Shown: piece by piece, positions 8,341-19,943 of the stretch | Position numbering within the stretch: position 1 is the first letter of the stretch | Layout: the number at the start of each line of letters is the position of its first letter | NCBI GenBank assembly: GCA_963842525.1 | Contig: CAWJGT010000023.1 | Coordinates: 1 to 64,000, forward strand | From: an uncultured Holophagales bacterium | Lineage (GTDB): Bacteria > Acidobacteriota > Thermoanaerobaculia > Multivoradales > UBA5704 | Length of the DNA: 64,000 bases | Direction: 5' to 3' | Notes under the pieces: generated by a model | Seen by the model: the letters and a program-made list of their open reading frames with translations, nothing else | Told to the model about the DNA's origin: nothing | Database searches by the model: none | Program-made: the position numbers and the translations under genes

Positions 8341-10648
8341 CTACTTGTCGTAGTGCAGCTCGACGAACTCGTAGATGAAGTTGCCCGTGCCGGTAGCGTC
8401 GGAGAATTCGTTGATCACCACCCCCTTGCCGCAGCCGGCCCCGGCGCCGCTGCCGGGCGTGCCGTTGGACGAGGCCGTGGTCGTCCAGCTCGCGCTCGCC
8501 GAGGGGGAGTTGCAGGGGTCCTTGCGCTGCACGGTGCTGCCGCCGCTCGACGGCATGGCGACGGTCTGCCCGTCCACCAGCGTGTTGGAAGCGTTGTAGA
8601 GGTTGTAGGCCTCGGAGCCGTTGATCACCGGCATCGTATCGGCCGCATTGAGGTAGACGGTGTTGGCGGGCAGCGTGCGGTTCCAGAACGTCTGGAACTG
8701 GGCCTTCGTGGCGTTGCGCCCGATCACCAGGTAGCCGTTGTCCGGGATCACGGTGCCGGTCGGGATCGTGTAGTTGAAGGTGGCGTTCACCTGGTTGACC
8801 CGCCAGCCCGAGACGTTGATGCCGGTGCCGCCGCCCGGGCCGTAGGTGATCCACATGGGCGACGACCAGAGGTCGTGGCCGTCGGCTTGCACGGCATGGA
8901 CGTAGTAGTAATAGGTCCCCGAGCTCAGGGTCTCCGTGAACGTCAGTGTCGACTGGTTGGGCGCCGTGCGGTAGGCCGCCGCGGGCACGCCGCCGCCGAT
9001 CTGGCCGCGCCAGACTTCCAGCGTGGAGACCGCCTCGCCAGCCGGATCGTAGACCGCCGCCCGCAGCGTCGCCGAGCCGGAGGCGCTGAAGATGTCCCCC
9101 ATGACGTGGCCATCCGAGGTGGCGAAGACGAGCTGTGCGTTCGAGTCCTCGCCGGCGAAGAAGTGGCGCGCCTTGTGGGCCTGGAGCAGCGCGGTGCGGG
9201 TGAGGACCGCCGAGGTGCCGTTGGGCAGCAGGTAGACGGTGCGGTTGGGGATGCCTACGCCGTAGTTGTTGCAGTGCGCGTCATGGTCGGCCACCGGCCC
9301 GAGGTGGAAGCCCTTGTTGAGCGCCTCTTTCCAACGCGCCGAATAGTCGGTCGAGCCAACGTTCGCGTTGGCGCAGTTGGTGGCTGTGTTGAATGCCAGG
9401 CCGCTGCGCACCGCGATCCCCTGGAGGGCCTGGTCGGCGTCGGCATTGAAGGCGTAATTGTCGAATTCGCCCGTCGACGGATGGCAGAGGATGCCGAGCG
9501 CGCCGGCGGACGACGGGTTCTCGACCGACCGCTTGTACAGGGTGAGATAGCCGAAGCGCTTGGGGGTGAAGACGTCGAAGTAGCAGTTGGTGCCCGGCGT
9601 GCACTCGGCGCTCGGCCCGTTGCAGGTGGAGCAGGTCTCCCAGCCGAAGAGCTTCGGAGTTTCCAAAAGCGTCACATGCCCCTGGTCGCCATTGGTGGTC
9701 ACGCCCCACTCCATGCCGTAAAGGCCGACGAAGACGTTGTTGACCGTGGCCGCCTGGGCCGCCGCGAGCCCCGCCGCGTAGCGCTGGCGCACCTTGGCCT
9801 CGGTGACCGGCGGGTTGTTGGTGGCCACGGCGTCGTTGATCAGGTGGTTGTGCTCGTTGATCACCCAGTAGTCGAGGCCGGCCGAATTGCGGGCGAAGTC
9901 GTAGACCGCGGCGGGATCGAAGGTGCCGCTGCCGTAGGCGTTGCCCGACGAGCAGTTGGTGGTCGGCATGGCCGCCGTCGGACCAGTTGGAGTGGCTGTG
10001 GGTCGAGCCGTAGTAGAAGTTGTAGCCGAACCCGCTCTCCAGGGTCGTGTTCTGCTGCACCTCGCACGCGCTGGCGGCGAGGCTCTGGCGCAGCCGGGCC
10101 GCGGTGTCCTCGGTCAGGTCGTAGCGGACGATCACCTCGTCGGTCGAGGCATAGGCCTCCCCCACCTCGGCCTTCCCCTTCAGGTCCTCATACCGCGAGG
10201 CCGCCGTGGCCAGGCGCACGCGGTCGGGCAGGAAACGGCCGCGAAAGGTGTAGAGGTACTTCCCGGGCGGCACCAGCCGGCCCTGCCCGTCGCGGCCGTC
10301 CCAGAGGAAATCCGCCACCGCCTGCCCGCCGGCGTCGATGCGGGCCTGTCCCCGCGCCGTGCGCACGAGCCGTCCTCCCTCGTCGCGGATCTCCAGCAGC
10401 CAGAAGGCCTTGCCGGGATCTCCCAGCGCCGCCGCCTTCTGATACGAGAGGACGGTGAACAGGCGGACCGTGCCGAGCTCCCCGGCATGCGCGGGAGAGA
10501 ACTGGTAGGCCTCCGACCCGAGGTAGGCGATGAAGCCGGCATCGCAGTCGTCGTACGGCACGGCGGCCGGCGCCGCGAAGGCGGTTGTCCCGGGCAGCAG
10601 CGCCAGGATGAGCAGGGTCCAGCAGCGCGGTCGAACAGATCGGCTCAT
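8341..10648 (-). CDS. Secreted PHP/CehA-McbA-type metallohydrolase with FlgD-Ig and lamin-tail domains (frameshift near 9970)
   Basis: Signal peptide, WDGRDGQGRLVPPGKY (FlgD-Ig), THSHSNWSDG, NEHNH, GMEWG, HP, DHDAH, C-terminal VVINEFSD..YEFVEL. Confidence 0.75.
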
Positions 10649-10763
10649 GACGGCTGTCCTCCTCCAGAGCACCGCCCCGCCATTGGAGAGGCCTCTACAG
10701 GTAGGTGGTGCGGGTGGCCGGTCCGCGGGCGCCTGCGGTACAGTAGCGGCGAACGGAGATCTC

Positions 10764-11303
10764 ATGCACAGGACCGACCCGGGGCGTCGGCGGCGTCTTC
10801 TGCTGTGGATGGCTGTGGCCGGGCTCTGTCTCGCTCCCCTTCCCGCCTCGGCTTTCGAGCAGCGCTTCGGGCTGGGAATCCACTACTGGGAGACGGTGGA
10901 TGAGCTCGCGGACCAGGCGCTCGACGGCTTCGACGAGAGCGGCGTGGCCTGGGTGGCTTCCTATCAATTCGTGCCGGTGAGCTTCCTCAAGCTGCAGGTC
11001 GACGTCGAGTTCTTCCCCCAGGGTTTCCTGGGCTCCGGCGAGGAGGCCTGGTCGCCGCAGGGCTACGTCGTGCTGGGCCGGCGCCTCTACGCCGCGGCCG
11101 GAGCCGGCTGTGTCTACTCCCAGGGGATCGAAGGCAACCTCTCGGACATCTTCTATGCCGCCCGGATCGGCACCGACCTCCGGATCGTCTCCCGCTTGCG
11201 GCTCGACCTGAACGCCAACTACCGGTTCAACGAGTGGAGCCAGCTCGACCAGGTGGACACCGACCTCGTCACCCTCGGGGCAGTCCTGCGGCTCGCTTTT
11301 TGA
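10764..11303 (+). CDS. Small outer-membrane beta-barrel protein
   Basis: Signal peptide, alternating beta-strand pattern, C-terminal Phe. Confidence 0.7.
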   Translation: MHRTDPGRRRRLLLWMAVAGLCLAPLPASAFEQRFGLGIHYWETVDELADQALDGFDESGVAWVASYQFVPVSFLKLQVDVEFFPQGFLGSGEEAWSPQGYVVLGRRLYAAAGAGCVYSQGIEGNLSDIFYAARIGTDLRIVSRLRLDLNANYRFNEWSQLDQVDTDLVTLGAVLRLAF

Positions 11304-11408
11304 ATAGAAAATGCAAGCAGGCCAGTCTGCTTCGGGGATTCGGGGGACGGGGGCCGGAACAGCGGAAACCTGCTAATCTTGAAGCCATTGCTCCAAAGGG
11401 AGAATGAA

Positions 11409-12476
11409 ATGCCGATGCCTCCGACCACGTTCGAGGAGCTCGACCCGGGTCCCGGCCATGAACGGATGGTGCTCTGCAGCGTTCCCTCGGTTGGATATCG
11501 GGGGATCATCGCCCTCCACAGCACTGTGGCGGGCCCTGCGGTGGGTGGGACGCGCTACTGGTTCTACCCCGGCGACACGGAGGCAATCGCGGACGCCCTG
11601 CGGCTTTCGCGTGGCATGACCTACAAGAACGCCATGGCCGGGCTCCCCTTGGGAGGAGGCAAGTCGGTCCTCTTCGCCAACGACAAGGCCGACCGCGAGG
11701 CGCTCTTCCTGGCGCACGGCCGCTTCATCGAATTCCTCGGCGGAAGCTACATCGCCGGCGAGGACGTGGGCACGAGCCCGGCGGATATGGCGGTCATCCA
11801 GCGAGAGACGGCGCACGTGGCAGGGCTCGGCGATGCGGGCGACCCGTCGCCGCGGACCGCCCGCGGCGTGCTCCAGGCCGTGTGCGCCGCCGCGAAGCAC
11901 CGCTGGGGGTCCGACGACCTGGCCGGGCGGACGGTGGCGCTCCAGGGCTGCGGCCACGTCGGCCTGCTCGTCGCGCGGCTGCTCCACGAGGCCGGGGCCC
12001 GGCTCTTCGTCACCGACATCTCTGCCGAGCGGGTCCAGGAGGCGGTCGAGCTCACCGGAGCCGAGCCCGTGGCGCCGCGCGCGATCTACACCACGGAGGC
12101 GGACATCTTCGCCCCCTGCGCCCTTGGCGGCATCCTCAACCGCCGGACGATCTCGCGGCTGCGGGTGGAGATCGTCGTCGGCGCCGCCAACAACCAGCTC
12201 GAAGAGGACGAAGATGGTCAGCGCCTGCACGACCGGCACATCCTCTACGCCCCGGACTACGTTGCGAACTCCGGCGGCGTGATCAACGGCTGCCGCGAGA
12301 TCCTGGGCTTCAGCGAGGACGAGGCGCGGGAGCGGATCGATCGGATCTACGACACGATGCTGGAGGTCCTCCAACTGGCCGACGACCAGGGGATCACCAC
12401 CAACACCGCCGCCGACCGGATCGCCGAGGAGCGGTTGTCGGCGCTGCGCGGCGAGCGGCGGCAGGCCGCGAGTTAG
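11409..12476 (+). CDS. Leu/Phe/Val dehydrogenase
   Basis: GPAVGGTR, LSRGMTYKNA, GGGKSV, GEDVGT, QGCGHVG, PCALG, GAANNQL, YAPDYVANSGG. Confidence 0.93.
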   Translation: MPMPPTTFEELDPGPGHERMVLCSVPSVGYRGIIALHSTVAGPAVGGTRYWFYPGDTEAIADALRLSRGMTYKNAMAGLPLGGGKSVLFANDKADREALFLAHGRFIEFLGGSYIAGEDVGTSPADMAVIQRETAHVAGLGDAGDPSPRTARGVLQAVCAAAKHRWGSDDLAGRTVALQGCGHVGLLVARLLHEAGARLFVTDISAERVQEAVELTGAEPVAPRAIYTTEADIFAPCALGGILNRRTISRLRVEIVVGAANNQLEEDEDGQRLHDRHILYAPDYVANSGGVINGCREILGFSEDEARERIDRIYDTMLEVLQLADDQGITTNTAADRIAEERLSALRGERRQAAS

Positions 12477-13453
12477 GCCACAACACAGCTCGTAAAGCTG
12501 AACGTATAGACCTGCACGCCGGGCTGCGAGGATCGCAGCGTCACCCGCCTCCGGCGGAAGGTGCCGCCGATCAGCCGTACCATGCTGGGCCGGCTCCACA
12601 CCGCGAAGGTCCGGCCCTCCCGTTCCACCACGTCCGGCCCCCTCTCCGAGGCCGTGACGGGCGCTCCATCCACCTCGACCTCCAGCTCGCCGGCCGGCGC
12701 CAGGACGGCGTTCACACCTGCCGCGTCGCACACCAGCTCGAGCTCGGCGCCTGCCTCGCGCGCCTCCAGGTATTCGGCCTCGTGGAGCCACAGGCCGCGG
12801 GCGGAGAACATGCCCGGCGGCGCCGCACCCTCCTCCCGGCCGCGATGCCGCACCTCCTCGTGCGGGCGGTAGCCTTCGGGCGCCAGGAGCTTGCCGCGGT
12901 GATAGCCGGCGTGGATCTCGCGGGTGGCCGGATGGCAGACCGCCCCGGGCCGGTCCTCGCCGCGCACCGGCTCCAGGATCTCCGGCAGAGGTGCCGTATC
13001 GCCTGCCTCGCGGAGCAGCTTCTGGATCCACTCCTCGGTGTCCCCGTACGCGCCCTCCCCGAAGTGCTCATAGCGCAGATAGCCCCGCGCATCGACCAGG
13101 TAGCGAGACGGCCAGTAGTGGTTGGCAAAGCGCTGCCAGGTCGCGCCGTCGGCATCGAGCAGCACCGGATAGGGGATCCCCTCGGCCACGACTGCCGCCG
13201 CGACCACCGCCGGGTCGCGGGTGAAGTCGAACTCCGGCGTGTGGACACCCACCACCGTGAGCCCGCGAGAGGCATAGCGCTCGTGCCAGGCCTTGAGGTA
13301 CGGCAGCGTGCGCAGGCAGTTGACGCAGGTCGACTCCCAGAATTCGACCAGCACGACCGCGCCCCGGTGGAACGAGATCGATACCTCGGGCCCCTGAATC
13401 CAGCGGCCGGGGGCCAGCTCGGGTGCGTGCAGAGGGACGGTGATCGGGGGCAT
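12473..13453 (-). CDS. Thioredoxin-like (redoxin, DipZ C-terminal-like) protein
   Basis: FWESTCVNC, VGVHTPEF, NHYWPSRYLVD, HFGEGAY, VYTFSF. Confidence 0.85.
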   Translation of the reverse strand: MPPITVPLHAPELAPGRWIQGPEVSISFHRGAVVLVEFWESTCVNCLRTLPYLKAWHERYASRGLTVVGVHTPEFDFTRDPAVVAAAVVAEGIPYPVLLDADGATWQRFANHYWPSRYLVDARGYLRYEHFGEGAYGDTEEWIQKLLREAGDTAPLPEILEPVRGEDRPGAVCHPATREIHAGYHRGKLLAPEGYRPHEEVRHRGREEGAAPPGMFSARGLWLHEAEYLEAREAGAELELVCDAAGVNAVLAPAGELEVEVDGAPVTASERGPDVVEREGRTFAVWSRPSMVRLIGGTFRRRRVTLRSSQPGVQVYTFSFTSCVVA

Positions 13454-13489
13454 CTCCTGTAAGATATCGTTCTCCGTCACCGTAGACCC

Positions 13490-14258
13490 ATGATCGAGCC
13501 GTACGAGACTGAGCCCATCATCGCTCCTCCTCCGGAGGAGGCTCCTCGCAGGAGCCGCCGCCGTGTGGTCATCTACACCCTCCTGGCCCTTGTCGTCCTC
13601 TACCTGGCCTGGGAGGCGATCACCTGGCCGCGCGTGGCGGCGCTTGCCAAGGAGCCACCGGAGACCACGGCCTTCATCGAGCGCTACCGGCGCGGGCCCT
13701 GGCTCGGTCTCGGACCGAACCGCAAGGTGGAGTGGAAATGGGTCTCCTACTCGCGGATCTCGTTCGAACCTCAAGCGGGCGGTCCTGGTCAGCGAGGACA
13801 TCCGGTTCTTCGGCCATGAGGGATTCGACGAGAAGGAGATCCGCGCCGCTCTGGAGGACGCCTGGGAGGACAAGGAGCTGCCCCGCGGGGCCTCCACCCT
13901 GACCCAGCAGGTGGCCAAGAACCTCTGGCTCACCCCCTCCTACAACCCTCTCCGCAAGGTCAAGGAGGCGATCCTCACCTGGCAGCTCGAGCGGGAGCTG
14001 AAGAAGCGGCGGATCCTGGAGATCTATCTCAACGTGGCCGAATTCGGCCCGGGGATCTACGGAGCGGAGGCGGCGGCCCGCCACTACTTTGGAAAATCGG
14101 CCGCCAGCCTCTCCGAGCGCCAAGCCGCCGAGATCGCCGCCGGCCTCCCCCGCCCCAGGTCGTGGCACCCCGGGGTCAAGAGCAAGGGCTACCAGAGGAA
14201 AGTCCGCTCGATCCAGCGGCGGATGGCCAAGGCCCGCTGGCTGCGGCGGTCGCTGTAG
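13490..14258 (+). CDS. mtgA: Monofunctional biosynthetic peptidoglycan transglycosylase (frameshift near 13765)
   Basis: N-terminal TM, SEDIRFFGHEGFD, RGASTLTQQVAKNL, RKVKEA, KRRILEIYLNVAEFG. Confidence 0.88.
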
Positions 14259-14263
14259 CTCTC

Positions 14264-14278
14264 TGGCAATGCGCTTGC
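14264..14278 (+). promoter_or_regulatory. sigma54 -24/-12 promoter
   Basis: TGGCAATGCGCTTGC (TGGC-N7-TTGC) upstream of AGGAGG and ATG at 14333. Confidence 0.65.
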
Positions 14279-14332
14279 AGCCGCCTCGGAGAAACCGGCC
14301 GTCCCGGCCGGGCTTTCTCAGGAGGTGTGCTC

Positions 14333-14532
14333 ATGGCCGAGGTGCTCGTTCAATTCCAGGAGCCGATCTCCGCCGAGGGCAGGTTCTACGTGGCGAGGGT
14401 CTGCGGCCGCGCAGCCCCCGACGGCGATGGATGGGAGGGCTGGATCGAATTCGTGCCCGGTGACGGCTCCGAGGTCCTGCGCTCGCGCAGGGAGACCCGG
14501 CAGTCGAGCCGCGACGATCTCCTCTACTGGGG
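14333..14532 (+). pseudogene. Truncated hypothetical protein (MAEVLVQF...WEGWIEF...RETRQ...YW)
   Basis: Strong RBS and sigma54 promoter, but the frame runs straight into the 3' end of the convergent TPR gene. Confidence 0.55.
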
Positions 14533-16256
14533 CTGGACCGCCGGCGGCCGCTCGTCGGCGCGCTCCCACGCCTTCACGAAGCGTTCCTGGACCGCCGCGG
14601 CCTCCTTCTCCTTCTTCTGCGCCCGCAGGCTTTCGGCGAGACCGGCCAGGGACCAGCCGTTCTCGGGATTGCGCCGGAGATCCTCCTCCCAGACCTTCTG
14701 CGCCTCGGCGGCCCGGCCAGCGGCCTGAAGGACGGCACCCAGCTCCTGGCGCGCCGGGTAATACCAGTCGGGTGGCTCGTTGTAGCGCAGGGTGTCCTCG
14801 ACCTGGACCGCGGCCTGGAGGCGTTGCACGGCCTCGTCCATCTGCCCGCGGGCAGCCGCGAGCCGCCCGTCGAGGATCCCCGCGGCCACGTCCAGCAACG
14901 TTTTTGCGGAGTTGAGCCCCTGCGCCGCCTTGTCCGGCACGGACGCGGCAGACGTCCTCATCAGCTCGCGCTCGGCGGCGGCCTCGTCGAGCTTGCCGAG
15001 CCCAACCAGGGCGACGCCACGGGCGGCATGCCAGACCGCGCGGACGTAGGGGAATCCGAGCGGCGGCGCCGGCTCCGCGAGCACGTCCTGCCAGCGGCCC
15101 AGCCGGACGAGGCTCCAGACCGGGTAGCCCAGCAGGAAGTCGAGGCCCGGCATCTGCTGCAGCATCTCGACAGGGGCCTGGGCCACCACGGCCCGCGCGT
15201 TCTCGAGCGCCTCGGCGCTCCTCCCCTGCATCAGGGCCGTGAACCAGAGGAACTGGTAGTTGTGCGCGGCATACATGAAGTAGAAGCCGAGCGGCCCCGC
15301 GCTCTCCAGGTACCGCTTGTCGACCCGGATGGCCTGCCGGTTCGCCTCCGACGCCTGCTCCCAGCGGCCGGTCCGCGCGTAGATGTGCGACGGCATGTGG
15401 ACGACGTGCGCGGCGCCCGGCGAGAGCGCGGCGATCCGGTCGGCGGCGGGCAGCGCCTTCTCGGGGTTCGGCGACGCCTCCATGGCGTGGATGTAGTAGT
15501 GGTTGGCCCCGGGATGGGCCGGGCTCTTCGCCAGCACCTTCTCCAGCGTGGCAACGATCTCCTCGGTGCCAGGCCTCGGCTTGCCGTCCATCGTCCAGAG
15601 GCCCCACGGGCGCAGGTTCATCATCGCCTCGGCGAAAAGGGCCGGCGCGTCCGGGTCGTCAGGAAAGCGGCGCGCCACCTCGCGCATGGCATCGGCATAG
15701 GCCGTGTCGAGCGCTTTCTGGGCTTCGGGCGTGTACGGCGGCGGGTCGGAGTAGCGCTTCGTGAGGGCCTCGATCAGGGCGCTCTCGACGGGTGTGACCT
15801 TCCCCTCCTTGGCGAGCGCGGCGGCCCGCTGTGCCGCCTGGTGGGCCGGCTTGGTGCGGTCCGGCTCCCCGGCAGGTTGATGTGCGGTCCGAGGCTCATC
15901 CCCACGCCCCAGAAGCACATCGCGCACGCGGGATCGACCTTTGCCGCCTGCTCGAACGAGCGCTGCGCCTCCTCCAGGTTGAAAGCGAAGAGGAGCCGCA
16001 GCCCCTGGTCGAACCAGCGCTGGGCTTCCGGAGAAGCGGTCGTGATCGCCCGGTGCCAGGTGCCGAGATCGTCGTAGAGCTGGGCGCCCGGTGCGCTGCT
16101 CGCAGCATGCGCCGCATTCTCCGGATGATGCTCGGGCACCGCCGTCGGTTGCGGGTGCGTCTGGGCTTCAGCACCCTTGGCGGCTCCCGCGACGGCGAGC
16201 CAGGGGATCAGGACAAGGCCGGCGACGGCCTTCCAACGGCTGCAATCCAGGATCAT
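14524..16256 (-). CDS. Secreted TPR-repeat protein (frameshift near 15860)
   Basis: Signal peptide, AQRWFDQGL, DPACAMCFWG, HPGANHYYIHAME, HVVHMPSHIY, YNEPPDWYYP, PENGWSL. Confidence 0.85.
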
Positions 16257-16325
16257 CGGGCACCTCCTCCGTTCCGATCCACTCGTCCGGATACAATACG
16301 ACGCCTCTGACAGGGAGGGACCGGT

Positions 16326-17530
16326 ATGCGCCTGTTCGCGTTCGAGGGACTTCACTACACACCCCAGGCGGGCGACGCCGGCGAGCTGGCCGCGCCGCCC
16401 TACGACCAGATCAACGACACGCTGCGCGATCGCTTCCATGCCCAGTCGCCGCACCAATTCGTCCATCTCACCCGGCCGGTCGACCCCGCGGACCACGACG
16501 TCTACAAAGCCGCGGCGGACCTGCACGGCCGCTGGATCGAGGAGGGGGTCATCGCACGGGACGCACGGCCGGCCCTCTATCCCTATGTCATCGAGCTCGC
16601 AGGCGGCGGCCGGCGGCTCGGCGTCTGCGGTCTGGTGGAGCTGGCCCCCGCCTCGGTGATCCGCCCGCACGAGCAGACCCTCGACAAGCCGCTCGCCGAC
16701 CGCCTCGCCCTGCTCTCGGCCATGCAGGTGGACCTCGAGCCGGCCCTCCTTCTCTCCGAGGACGCCGGCCGGCTCGACGCCCTGTTGGAGGAGGACCTCG
16801 CGGGCGCCCAGCCGCTCGTGCGCCACCGGGACGCCGACGGCAACTTCCACGTGCTCTACAGGATCGATGATCCGGACCGGATCGCCCTCTACCGGCGTGC
16901 CCTGGATGTGCCCTCGGCCATCGCCGACGGCCACCACCGCTACAAGGTGGCGCAGCGCTTCGCCCAGGAGAGAGGTATCCGTCCCGGCACGGCAGCCTCG
17001 GCCAAGCTCGCGGTCATCACCAGCCTGGATTCGCCGGCCCTGACGATCGAGCCGATCCACCGGGCCCTGCGAGAGCCGGCCGACCTCGCCAAGCTCGCGG
17101 GCGCCTATGCCGGGACGCAGGCCTTCCACGGAAGCAGCGGCCGTGAATTCGCCGCGGCCGTGGCGGCGGCCAAGCAGCCCGCCCTCGGCGTCTGGGTCAC
17201 CGGCCGCGAGCCGGAGATCTGGACGCTGCACGGCGCCACGCCGAAGCTGGCCGTGGAAGCTCTTCCGGGAGACGGTCCTGTCGCCTCTAGGCCTCGGCCC
17301 CGAGGCGGCCACCGATGGCACCGTGGTCTACCGCTCCAATCCCGACGAGCTATGGAGCCAGGTCGCGAGCGGCGAGCTGCGGCACCGGCTTCTTCCTGCC
17401 GCCGATGCAACCCGCCCAGTTCGCTGCGGCCATCGCCGACGGCCAGATGCTGCCCCCCAAATCGACCCGCTTCATGCCCAAGGTGATGTCCGGGCTGGTC
17501 TGGGCCGACCACGAGTCGCAGGTGCTGTAG
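16326..17530 (+). CDS. DUF1015 family protein (frameshifted)
   Basis: APPYDQI, IRPHEQT, IADGHHRY, PIHR; C-terminal MLPPKSTRFMPKVMSGLV in another frame. Confidence 0.85.
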
Positions 17531-17898
17531 TGCCGACCCGCTACCTCGACGACGAGACCCCGGTCGTCCAGTTCGATCCGCAGCTCGAGGTCTCGCCCTT
17601 TGCGCTGTTCCGGCTCCTCAAGGACGGGAACCCTCCCCTGTTGATCGACGTGCGGCCGGAGCCGGGACCGCTCTCCCTGGCGGGCGCCATCCCCTACCCC
17701 GGCCCGGAGTGGTCGCCGCCGGAGGACCGGGACGTGGTCCTGTTCGACGACGACGGCGCGACCGCCCTCGACGGCGCCCGCCACATGCAATCGGCCGGCT
17801 ATCCGCGCGTCAAGGCGCTGTTCGGCGGGCTGGAGCTCTGGGAGTTCTCGCTCGACCCCGAGGTCGTGGGACAGGAGACGTTCCTGGTGCGGGCCTGA
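17530..17898 (+). CDS. Rhodanese-like domain protein
   Basis: LLIDVR, LAGAI, VKALFGGLELW; start overlaps the upstream stop; no catalytic Cys. Confidence 0.75.
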   Translation: MPTRYLDDETPVVQFDPQLEVSPFALFRLLKDGNPPLLIDVRPEPGPLSLAGAIPYPGPEWSPPEDRDVVLFDDDGATALDGARHMQSAGYPRVKALFGGLELWEFSLDPEVVGQETFLVRA

Positions 17899-17916
17899 GG
17901 CTGAGAGCCGCCTCAG

Positions 17917-18792
17917 CTATTCTTCGCGTGCGGCGAGCTCCTTCGCCTGCTCCTCGATCCGCGTCCCCATCTCCACGCTGCGCCGGTAGGCGGCGTCGAT
18001 TGCGTCGGTCAGCACGGCGGTGAAGCGCCCCTGGTGGAGCACATGCATGGCGCGCGAGGTGGTCCCTCCGGGCGAGGTCACACCGTCGATCAGCTCGCCG
18101 ATGTGCCGGTGCGAGGCGAGGATCATCTCGGCGGTGCCGATGATGGTCTGGAGCACGGACTCGCGCGCCAGCGGCCGTGACTCGCCGATGAAGTTCGCCG
18201 CGTCCTCCAGCGCCTTGACGAAGTAGGCGATGATTGCCGGGCCGGTGCCATTGACCGCTGTGGCGCGGTCCACGTCCAGCTCGTCCGAGACGTAGATCTC
18301 CTTGCCCATGGTCTGGAGGATGCCCCGCACGCTCTCGCGGGCCGCGGGCGTGACCTCCGGAGTCGCGGTCCAGATCGTCATCCCGCGGTGGATCTGGCAC
18401 GGCAGGTTGGGCATGCAGCGGACGATCGCCGGATGGCCCAGCGCGGAGCCGATGACGTCCATCCGCGCGCCCGCGATGATGGACATCACCAGGTGCTGCT
18501 GCCGGATGCCCTTCCGGAGCTGGCGGAGCACCTTGGGCAGCGTCTGCGGCTTCACCGCCAGGACGACGATGCCCGCGTTCGTCACGGCCTCCAGGTTGTC
18601 GGTCGTGCCATGGATTCCGTAGGTCTCGGTGAGCTGGCGGGCGCGCTCCTCGCGCGGCCCGGCGGCCCAGATCTCTCCCGGCTCCCGCACCTGCCGGCTC
18701 AGGAGCCCGTTGATCATCACCTCCGCCATCACCCCGGAGCCGACGAAGCCGATCCGGGACCTCTGCTCTCCCGTCCCCTCCCCGTCCTTCAC
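17917..18792 (-). CDS. proC: Pyrroline-5-carboxylate reductase
   Basis: IGFVGSGVMA, LAVKPQ, SIIAG, RCMPN, NGTGPA, VTSPGGTT. Confidence 0.92.
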   Translation of the reverse strand: MKDGEGTGEQRSRIGFVGSGVMAEVMINGLLSRQVREPGEIWAAGPREERARQLTETYGIHGTTDNLEAVTNAGIVVLAVKPQTLPKVLRQLRKGIRQQHLVMSIIAGARMDVIGSALGHPAIVRCMPNLPCQIHRGMTIWTATPEVTPAARESVRGILQTMGKEIYVSDELDVDRATAVNGTGPAIIAYFVKALEDAANFIGESRPLARESVLQTIIGTAEMILASHRHIGELIDGVTSPGGTTSRAMHVLHQGRFTAVLTDAIDAAYRRSVEMGTRIEEQAKELAAREE

Positions 18793-19499
18793 TGTGCGCC
18801 GCATACGATCTCCACCGGCCGGGAGAACCCGCCGATCCCGCCCTGGTCGCGCACTTTGAAAGAGACCTTTTCCCCCGGCGTGCAGGCGACGGGCACGGTC
18901 CAATGGCCCTTTGACTCCGACGTAGCCATTTCGTAGCCCTGGTTGTTCAGCCCATGGAACACGGCGTAGGGCGGGGTGCCTCCCCGTGCCGATCCCGAGC
19001 AGGTGCCACCGCAGTGCGGCTCAGGATCGTCCTCGCACTCCCAATCGCAACCGGTGACCGCGACCTCGGGGCCGCAGAAGTTCTCGAAATCGAGGTACGA
19101 CGAGTGCACCTTGTCCAGGCAGTGGACCTGACGCCCGCCTGCCTCTACCGCCGGAAAGACATAGATCCGGATGCGGAAAAGGCCGCAGTCGTTGAACTTG
19201 ATGCGCAGGTTCCAAGGCCCCGAGGCGCCGGTGCGGGTCTCCGCGAACCAGCGATCGTTGTCGATCCGGTAGTCGATCAGCGCGCCGACCGCGCCGCCAG
19301 CCACCGACCAGGTGCCTTCGGCCGTGAGGGCTCCGTCCGCTAAGCTCACCTTCGTCCCGGCGCCCTGGGCGCTGACCGACGCACAGACAGGATCGACCGC
19401 CGGAGGGAGGAGCACCGCCTGGGCCTTCACTGGGGATCGCCAGAGGGCAAACAGGGCGATCGCGAAGGACGCCCGGAGAGGCAAGGAGCACGACTTCAT
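18789..19499 (-). CDS. Secreted Cys-rich hypothetical protein
   Basis: Signal peptide, about 10 Cys, beta-rich. Confidence 0.65.
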   Translation of the reverse strand: MKSCSLPLRASFAIALFALWRSPVKAQAVLLPPAVDPVCASVSAQGAGTKVSLADGALTAEGTWSVAGGAVGALIDYRIDNDRWFAETRTGASGPWNLRIKFNDCGLFRIRIYVFPAVEAGGRQVHCLDKVHSSYLDFENFCGPEVAVTGCDWECEDDPEPHCGGTCSGSARGGTPPYAVFHGLNNQGYEMATSESKGHWTVPVACTPGEKVSFKVRDQGGIGGFSRPVEIVCGAQ

Positions 19500-19513
19500 G
19501 GGATTCCTCTCTT

Positions 19514-19906
19514 TCAGAGCGTGACCACCCGGCCGGCCTCGCGGATCATCCGGGAGAAGCTCTGCCAGCCGAGAAGGATATCGACTTTCGCCTGGACGGT
19601 CGCGGCGTCGAGGCCCAGCAGGCGGGTCGAGGCGCTGCAGGCATAGATACGGATGAGGCCGTCCTCCCGTCCCGGCGCGAGCATCTCGGAGAGCGGCGGC
19701 ATGTCGAGCGCCTCCAGGCGGTCCGCCGAGATCGGCGGCGCCGGATCCAGCTCGTCCCAGCGATCCCGCACCCACGCATCGAGAGCCGCGAAGAACAGCG
19801 CGAGGTCGACGCGATCCCCTCCCGCCGCCGCGCTCGCCGCCAGCGACGAGATCTGGAACCGCATCTCCCAGGTGCCCCCATGGGCGAGGATCAGGAGGTC
19901 CGCCAT
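19514..19906 (-). CDS. DsrE/DsrF-like peroxiredoxin-family protein
   Basis: ISSLAASAAA, LALFF, IRIYACSAS pattern. Confidence 0.65.
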   Translation of the reverse strand: MADLLILAHGGTWEMRFQISSLAASAAAGGDRVDLALFFAALDAWVRDRWDELDPAPPISADRLEALDMPPLSEMLAPGREDGLIRIYACSASTRLLGLDAATVQAKVDILLGWQSFSRMIREAGRVVTL

Positions 19907-19943
19907 CGGGGAAGAGTAGCAGACATCCCGGGAGCTCAGATGA

